The translations under genes were made by a program, and so were the position numbers. Below the pieces are notes generated by a model. That model made no database searches, was not told the DNA's origin, and saw only the letters and a program-made list of their open reading frames with translations. From Octopus bimaculoides (Eukaryota), in NCBI RefSeq assembly GCF_001194135.2, contig NC_068993.1, forward strand, positions 19,006,436-19,053,257: DNA of 46,822 nucleotides, given 5' to 3'. Positions 38,939 through 46,822 of this stretch are shown here, one piece after another; position 1 is the stretch's first letter, and every line of letters begins with the position of its first letter.

Positions 38939-39119
38939 CCGTATTTTAACGTGTACAAGGAATTCTTTTTTGTAAAAAATTAGGTTAAAAAAATATGGAA
39001 GTTTCTTATACATGGATAGTATTATAATCTCTTACATGACCTTTTTTCCTCAAAATTTAAGCCCCCCAAATTAAGGGGTTCCATATAGAGGAGGATTTCT
39101 TATACACGTTAAAATACGG
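38939..39119. mobile_element. 181-bp MITE (Tc1/mariner-pogo type)
   Basis: TIR CCGTATTTTAACGTGTA(C/T)AAG at both ends; TA target duplication at 38937-38938 and 39120-39121. Confidence 0.9.
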
Positions 39120-40478
39120 TAATAATGTTATTTCATATTAGCTAAAGCTCAAAAAATAAAATATTGCCATTAGTTTAGATGGGAACGCTTTTTAGTGCCA
39201 CGTGCTTAGTCGGGAACAAAATGAGTAAGTTGTGCAAAATGCGTAATTTCTGATTTCTCGTTCTTTTGTCCTCACTTGTTTGAAGCCATTACATTGCAAA
39301 TATTGCATCCCCATTTTGTAGTGTTGCATTTTCTGTGGGAGTTGAAATTAGTCAGCATTGTTGTTGTTGAGGCTGAGAGAATTTGAAACAGTCACTCGGC
39401 ATGTACTTTTTTTGAGAATTTTTATTCTCAAGTTTAACCCGATTGTATTTAGATTGGTAATAAAATATCTGGATAATTTGGGTGTTTAACAAAAATCCAA
39501 GTCACTTTTCCCCACACTAATATCTAATTTGATCATTTTCAGTTTTCAATAAAATAAAAATAATGACTAATGCGGGGCAAAGTGGGTAATGAATAATTTC
39601 AATAATTTATTTGTTTCAACATCATGGCGCGTAAATATATCAGGAAGAGAGCCACTGCAGCAGATCGTGAAGAAGCCTTCGAGAATATTTTAAGTTGTGT
39701 TTTTTAGATTTAGTGGAGTTTCATTAATTTCATATTACGTGTCATTTTTCCGCGATCCTCTTTCATGTGCTATAGATATTTAAATTTTTTGTTACATTTC
39801 TGATATTTTCTGATATCTAAAGATAGATATAGATGAGTATGAGTCTTTCCAATATAAATTTAGACAAATGAAGAGGCAAAATTGCCTTAATTTGCCTTAC
39901 ACATTTTGCCCAACCTAAATTATTCTTGAGTATGCTCAAAGAGAGCGGAGATAATTTTATGACACAGCGTTCTGAATATGCTTATAGTGTTTTTCCTTAG
40001 CTGATACAACTTTTGTAAGGTAGTGAACATTTATGAAAAACATATCTTTTCTCAAAGTCACAAATGCAGTAAATATTGTGCCACCACCTTACAATATTGT
40101 GTAGTTAACAGGCAATTAAATTGACTATCGCTTCTCCAAAGTTCGACTAACTGAAGACTATACATGTAAACGTATATAATGAAAATAGAACACAAGTGGA
40201 TTAAATTGAAATTCTCGTAATGAGTGTGGAATTGCAGTATGATAACTTACCCATTCAGTCATCTGGTCTACGGCAAACATTTACAAACAAATATCAGAAA
40301 ACTTAATATTAAAACAGCACATTTTGCACGGTTATTTTCTTTAGCGAAAAATGCATTTTTATATATTTGCAAGTATGTCTCTATTTAATCAATGCTGAGA
40401 GTAAATGAGTTACAATTTTAAATATTAGAATAGGGTACTTAACTATGTAGGATATCAGTCGCAAATACGTTGGATATA

Positions 40479-40650
40479 CAGTAATCCATCGACTATCACG
40501 TTTGTTACGTTCCAAAATACACTACGATAGGTGAAAATCCCCGAAGTAGAAACAATACTGTATATTTTTTTTATTACTTTTATAAGGAATCGACGTAAGC
40601 TTAAATAATAAACCGCGATAGGTGAACCGCGATATGGCGAAGGATTACTG
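40479..40650. mobile_element. 172-bp Tigger/pogo-like MITE
   Basis: TIR CAGTAATCC(A/T)TCG at both ends; TA duplication at 40477-40478 and 40651-40652. Confidence 0.85.
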
Positions 40651-40744
40651 TATCCTGAAAAAAGTAGACTGACTTTTGTCTCAAATTCAATTTCCATTAA
40701 TTACTTCTTCCGTTCCACATCTAATTTACCCACTTTTAATGTAA

Positions 40745-41065
40745 TCACGTGACTTAGTGCTTAGGGTATTGAGCTCAAGATCGTAAAGTCGTGAGTTCAA
40801 TTCCCGGTAACGCACTGTGACCTTGAGCAAAGCACTTCATTTCACGTTAATCCAGTACACTCAGCTGGCAAAAATGAGTAGTACTTGTATTTTAAAGTGC
40901 CAAGCATGTCACATTCTGTGTCACAATGAATCTGCCTGAGAACTGCGTTAAAGGTACGCGTATCTGTGGAGTGCTCAGCCACTTGCACGTTAATTTCACA
41001 TGCAGGCTATTCCGTAGCTTGAATCAAATGGAAACCTTGCCGTCGTAACCGACGAAGTGCCAGTA
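40745..41065 (+). mobile_element. tRNA-derived SINE; 3' half shared with family C
   Basis: B-box gtgagttcaattccc; 3' part ctgtggagtgctcagccacttgcacgttaatttcac...gtcgtaaccgacgaagtgcca is the reverse complement of the 11505 and 46378 copies. Confidence 0.8.
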
Positions 41066-42451
41066 TAATATAATCGTATTATTTTTATTTCTGAACCACT
41101 TTCACAATTCTTTACGTCATCTTTGTATTTACATAATGATGGAAATTATAAACACGTTATGGGAATCTAAATTAGAGGCTTTAATACTTCTATTTTGTTA
41201 TATTGTAGATCCTACTTTATGTTTTACCAAAAGTATTCTCTATTGTATTATTAATGTAAACGAACTGTAACATCTTTGAAGAAAATCATATTCATCTAAC
41301 AAGCTAAAACCCAAATATTCCCGAGTTTGATATTTTATTTCTATAGCAGATCCAATCATCACTTTTTAAAGTAAAGAATTACAAAAAAATAAATATTGGC
41401 TGTGATATATAATGATTTTAAAAACGGAATCCATCTGATTTCTAATTTCAATGCAAAGAACTTGATTTACTCCATTCAAAATATAGAAGAAAGATATGAA
41501 TTTAAAAACGTTTCAGGTTTTTGTCGTGTATTTAATCTTGTAGGCAATTGAAATCATAGGAAAGTTATTGATTATATGTGTAAATGATAGACTAAAAACC
41601 AGCAAAAAAAAAAAAAAAAAAAGCTTTGGTGACACTGTCTGGGCAAGTTTATAATTTCGCTTCTCTTTCTTACATAAACAATAGGAACGTTAATTTTCTG
41701 TGATAAATTTTGAATAAATACTCTACGAAACTTCTTATTTCTATTAAAAGTTAATTTGAGTAAATCTTGAACTTTCAACCCCTGAACTCAATCTTGGAAA
41801 CTTTTTAATTGAGACATATTCATTTCTTGCGTATCTTATAGCTTCACAAATTGCTACAAATTAATTGTATCAGAAGAGTAGAAAAAGATAATTTAGAAAT
41901 GAACTTTTACATACGACATCCTGTTTTATATAAAAGGTATGTCTCAGTAAATTTTAACCTCCACTTCCATTTCTTACTGCTAAAACTCTTCACATATTAA
42001 CAATGCTTTGAAGAAGTTTTCAATTTATAATTCATGAATATATGGGTTTGTTTATAAATGTTATATATAGTATAAATAATGTCGCTTCAAATCGGAGAAT
42101 ATATATTGTTGTGATATATTATTATACAGTTATTATTATACAATGAGTCTTCCATAGTAGCTTTCTCTCCGTAACTTACAAAGCTTTTTTGGTTTGTTCA
42201 CAAATATTATATATAGCATGAAACAGTTTAAGTATATATTAACTAAATTTGACCGACATTGACGGGTGTTCGCTTGGGCAATCGGACGTGCAAGGAGCAG
42301 TGTAAGCGTTGATTTGTGGGTTCGATTCTGCCTGGGGTTACCTCATCATTCATTTTTCGGTCATTTGTTTGTATTTAAAAATTGTTGCTTCAAATCGAAG
42401 AATAAATATTACTATGATATATAGTTATATATATAATAATTATTTTTATAG

Positions 42452-42502
<51 letters not shown>

Positions 42503-42772
42503 CAGAGAGAGAGAGAGAGAGAGAGGTGGAAGAGGGAGAGAGAAAGAAAGATGGGAGAGAGAGCCGATGAACAAACGATAACATGGTGACGTGTTAAAAC
42601 CATTACCCGTTTTCAAACATCCTTGGACAGAAATACACTTCGAAAATGAATGAAAATTTGCAGTCCAACTTTTGTAACCATTTATATATTAATGGTAAGC
42701 GTAGAGAAAGGTACAACTGGACACAGTGGTACATTCGGTCTTTGATTGAATAATAATAAGAAGAAGAAAAAT

Positions 42773-43310
42773 AAATGTCCCAATGCAGTACTAGGAATAA
42801 CTCTCATAGCTTCTGATCTTAACCGATTGGAAGTGTTATCATGAACATGTTTTGTCTTGGTATAAAATATGGGCTACAGCAAATATTCTGCTCAATACTA
42901 CAGATGTGCTTGTCACGTTGTTTGAGCGTGTCCCTTGATAGGTGGTGATATGTGCATCTCTGATCACGAGTAGAAGTAGTGGGGTGGGGGGGCATCAGAG
43001 CTATGTGTTCAGAGGAATTCTTTGAGGTTTGAATACTTCACCTCTTGAAACATGGGTGTTTCGTTCATTATCAGTAAATAACCTTGTTCAGGGATCTTTT
43101 GAGCAAGATAGGCTACTTGATATGAAGAAGCAGGATGGGCTACTCGGCCTGCAAGATCATGCGCTGTTTATCTTGATATGACATTCACCATGCTGTGCTC
43201 ATATGGTTGTGATGCATGTGTATGGTGTACTCGCATCGGACGGGTTGTCATGATGTGTATACAGGGCTTCGTATATTTTAACCCAGCGTCACTTTGATAG
43301 CATGCACTTT
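42773..43310. mobile_element. Unclassified ~530-bp interspersed repeat 'X', copy 2 (opposite orientation to copy 1)
   Basis: Aligns to the reverse complement of 19771-20300; flanked by (AAT)n(AAG)n on the left and (ACT)n(AAT)n on the right. Confidence 0.85.
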
Positions 43311-43319
43311 TTCCTTACT

Positions 43320-43372
<53 letters not shown>

Positions 43373-43395
43373 ATAATAATAATAATAATAATAAT

Positions 43396-43780
43396 GTAAC
43401 GGAATTTGATAAATTAAGTAAATATAAGGACTTGGAAATTGAAATACAAAAGATATGGCATCTTAAAACGAGAACTGCTGCTGTTGTTGTGCCCTAGGTG
43501 TGATAAGAAAGGGATGTCAAAAACTTCTAGATAATATCCCAGGAGAGCCATGTCTCAGAGAAATCCAAAATATTGTGCTGATAAATACTACCTACATCCT
43601 TAAAAACCCGTATAAGTTTAAATGTCTGTGTTGTATTACATGAAGATATTTCGCTACTGCCCCTGCCAATTCTCCTCCCCAAACTTTCACTCATACTGTA
43701 GCATCTCTTATCCTTCAGCCACCCTAGGACGCTGGGTGTGTCTCGGCAAGTGATTGTAACAAATATGCAAATTAAAAGTA
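43396..43780 (+). mobile_element. 3' fragment of a second R4/Dong-type RLE LINE
   Basis: TEFDKLSKYKDLEIEIQKIWHLKTRTAAVVV / LGVIRKGCQKLLDNIPGEPCLREIQNIVLINTTYILK is homologous to the 20324-21540 protein; flanked by (AAT)n at 43372-43395 and 43781-43800. Confidence 0.8.
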
Positions 43781-43834
43781 AATAATAATAATAATAATAA
43801 TTTAATTACAATTCTATCATAGGGGGTATGATCA

Positions 43835-44038
43835 AGGGATAAAAAGGCCTGAAATTTGGAGAAGTGGATTAGTTGAGTTAATGGACGACAATACTTAAGT
43901 GTTACCTTATTTTAGTTGCACGGAAAAGATAGAATGCAAAATCAACCTCGTCGGAATTCGAACTCAGAACGTAAAGAGCCAGAGGTAATGCCACTGAGTA
44001 TATTGTTCAACATGCTTGCGATTCTGCCAGCACGCTGT
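43835..44038 (-). mobile_element. SINE family B
   Basis: aaggcctgaaatttgg...gcaaaatcaacctcgtcggaattcgaactcagaacgtaaag...gcgattctgccagc. Confidence 0.8.
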
Positions 44039-44803
44039 ATTAATATCATGCATGATAATCTTGCTTTATTTGCGTATTGACAAAATGCTATTCCAAGACT
44101 AAATTTCTGTTTCATTAAAGTAGAAATAAAATGATTATGCTAAAATATGGAATTATATATTTCAGTGTCAGAATAACATTCAATTTAGATTAGAATTCAT
44201 CATATCAATGGCAATGAGTAACATTGTAGTATTAGGAACTCATCTAAGTCAAAACGGTGTTGATGAGTTACAGAACCCATTGGGTTCCCAGCGGTTCCTG
44301 GAGAATAGATTTTCATGTAATTTTATTAGTACACTTTAGTCTGAACCAAATTAAATCTATGATTGGATCTGAACTCAGTGCAACAACTTTATCCATTAAT
44401 TACTGAACCTTGCCATTGTTTTCTCCAGTTAATTCTACCTACGCATGATATCTATTCGAAGTTGTCTCTCTCGTAACGGAAGTTCGCGCTATGTACGAAA
44501 GAAGATTAATAGACGCTGTGCTGACTTGGCTAACTGCACACTACTAACGCCTATACATGTTTCCAATTAAAAGATGTCGTTGTGAAAAACATTTATGTAA
44601 TCAATATGTTAATTAATTTCATAATTATTTTTCATCAGATCCGACCATAATGCTTTCATTAATATTTTGTATTTATACTTCTCCAAGTACTAGCTTCATC
44701 ACCTTTGATCCGCTGCAATTTCCGCCCCATCCCATCAATCTATTTATATCAAAATTACATAATTTTGCACTGCCATTCTTTGTAACTCTTATTGATTCTT
44801 CAG

Positions 44804-44958
44804 AGCTTCATGAAAATCAAAATTGATGTGCTAGATCAAGATGGTTTTGGAAACTTTGATTTCATTGATCATTACGAATATCCAATTTTCCCCACCAATT
44901 TGACCAATCAACAAGATTCTACAGGTCAGGAGCTGCAACTAATTGGTGAAATAACTGA
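44804..44958 (+). CDS. Coding exon C of the MNNL/C2 gene
   Basis: Acceptor ttcttcAG| and donor GA|GTGAGT (phase 0 to 2). SFMKIKIDVLDQDGFGNFDFIDHYEYPIFPTNLTNQQDSTGQELQLIGEIT has a C2-type acidic loop DxD...D(F)ID. Confidence 0.8.
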
Positions 44959-45357
44959 GTGAGTAATAAAAGGAACTGTATTATTTGATTATCGTTTTCG
45001 TACACTTAAAAAAAATCATTTCTTTCTTCTCGTATTTCTGTTTTTCTTTATTCTTGTTGGAAATACAAAACTAGAGTCCTCTTCAATCAATTACGCACTT
45101 ATAGTCACATATACCAGATGAATTGCCATCTGCACCCAGCTGATTCATTATCATTTCTTTCGCTTTCTCATTCATACATAATCTGTCACCAATACTTAAC
45201 GCCAGCATCTGGCTTTCCGTGCCTTTATTTATAACCATCATGTTGCAAGTATTTTGACTAAGTCTCCAGTATGAGGGTAAATTGACGTTATATTTAGTTG
45301 GTTCCAACTGCAGGAATCCACAATGGATGGCTTGTTTTCACTATTTCCTTTCTCCAG

Positions 45358-45418
45358 TCTCAGATCTTATGTAAATATCATATGCTCTGTCTCTTTTTGG
45401 ACAAATCCACAAAAGTAA
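45358..45418 (+). CDS. Probable terminal coding exon D of the MNNL/C2 gene
   Basis: Acceptor ttcctttctccAG|, phase 2. (D)LRSYVNIICSVSFWTNPQK-TAA aligns with the DLL1-type DLKYSYRFVC segment. Alternatively it could splice out at a weak AA|GTAACT donor (45414/45415). Confidence 0.55.
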
Positions 45419-45610
45419 CTAAGCCAAAATGTTCCAATATCGCATTTGTAATATACTTTTCTTGATCGAAATCTATTTTTCATCATTGCTTTACTCTTTT
45501 CATATACTTGATCGCTTATCCACATGGTTTCGCATATTGTAGTTTACTACTTTAGCTGATATGGTTGATATAAAAGTTACATACATACATGTATGTATAT
45601 ACATGCATAA

Positions 45611-45648
<38 letters not shown>

Positions 45649-46377
45649 GCCAACAGCAAATAGATAATATTTGCGCAATCGCTAAAGAGGCTCCTTCAGC
45701 TGAAGAGATATAATCTTTTGTGAATGAATGAACAAATGAATGAATACATATTCTATCCACTAAGGCACGTGACCATTATACTACAAAACCATTAAAATAA
45801 TTTTAATTGAGAAAATCAATCAAAAACTTAATTGCGCTGATTCTACTCATAAACAGCATCTTACATGTAATAAAACGCAATGTGCATCTCGTTTAGTTAC
45901 AAAATATAAAAAGGCAACACAAAGAGGTCTCCTTTCTAAAAAGAACGCAGAATATAGCAACACGAAACAGTATACTCACATACACATCCATATTTTATAA
46001 AATTCCATCATACAGAACAGTAGTGTATAATCTACACATCGTTATATATATTGCATTTGAAGTTGGGCTGTTGCTAATGTGTTCGAGCATATCATAACTT
46101 CGTAAAAAATGTACAAGTAACAGTAAACATTTCATAATGTAATTTAGAAAAGAAGAAATACACAACAGCATTCTACTTGGTGTAACAAAAATACTACTAA
46201 AATTATTACACTAGCCATAACGTCAGCATTTCCTTCAAATCATACCTCACTATTCTAGTAATAGGGTAAGTTAGTTAATATAATTCAAAGTATGTATGGT
46301 CATGAAAAACGGTATGCTTATGCCTAGGTCAACAACAAAAATAATTCTCCTCTGTCGACGAGTTAACTCAGGTTTAA

Positions 46378-46753
46378 GTTGTTGGCACTACGTCGCTTAC
46401 GACGCCGAGGGTTCCAGTTGATCTGATCTACGGAACAGCCTGCTCGTGAAATTAACGTGTAAGTAGCTGAGCACTCCACAGACACGTGTGCCCTTAACGT
46501 AGTTCTCGGGGGATAATCAGCGTGAAACAGTGCGACAATGCTGGCCCTGATGAATTACAGTCACAACAGAAACAGGAAGAAAGAGTGAGAGAAAGAGTAC
46601 AGCAGGGTTCGCCACCATCCCCTGCCGGAGTCTCGTGGAGCTTTAGGTGTTTTCGCTCAATAAACACTCACGACGCCCGGTCTGGGAATAGAAACCCCGA
46701 TCCTATGACCACGAGTCCGCTGCCCTAACCACTGGGCCATTGCGCCTCCACAC
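46378..46753 (-). mobile_element. Full-length SINE family C with 13-bp target-site duplication
   Basis: tRNA-like head on the minus strand from 46753; AACTCAGGTTTAA is repeated at 46365-46377 and 46754-46766. Confidence 0.92.
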
Positions 46754-46822
46754 AACTCAGGTTTAAACAGCAATAATAACCACGATAATCTACTGCCGAT
46801 GCTAGACACATCGCGCAGAAAT

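Noticed and set aside
39180-39420. Minus-strand RKCNTTKWGCNICNV, resembling a piggyBac C-terminal zinc motif
   Set aside because: Too short and disrupted; no TTAA or TIR was identified.
45083-45307. 74-aa minus-strand ORF inside the last intron
   Set aside because: No recognisable motif or splice support; its length is within chance expectation.
45075-45360. Alternative acceptors after exon C (~45075 and ~45313)
   Set aside because: The translations are not DSL-like and hit stops; the 45358 acceptor has a better pyrimidine tract and preserves homology.

Overview
AT-rich eukaryotic genomic DNA from a draft assembly with nine N-gaps. The SINE complement and the extreme microsatellite density suggest a cephalopod, probably Octopus (inference). 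Nearly all long ORFs in the supplied track are microsatellite or N-gap artefacts. One host gene can be assembled by eye on the + strand from four phase-compatible GT-AG exons (34052-34230, 37275-37404, 44804-44958, 45358-45418). It encodes the end of a signal peptide plus an MNNL/C2 domain of the Delta/Serrate Notch-ligand type, and appears to stop at the first cysteine of what would be the DSL domain; the ATG exon is uncertain. The rest is a mosaic of transposon remnants: two Penelope-like GIY-YIG fragments, each bracketed by inverted repeats; R4/Dong-type restriction-like-endonuclease LINE fragments ending in (TAA)n; an unclassified ~530-bp repeat next to those fragments; CR1 and RTE LINE fragments; mariner/Tc1 fragments; two TA-flanked MITEs; a Helitron-like 3' end; and at least three tRNA-derived SINE families. 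Repeat boundaries were set by eye and are approximate.
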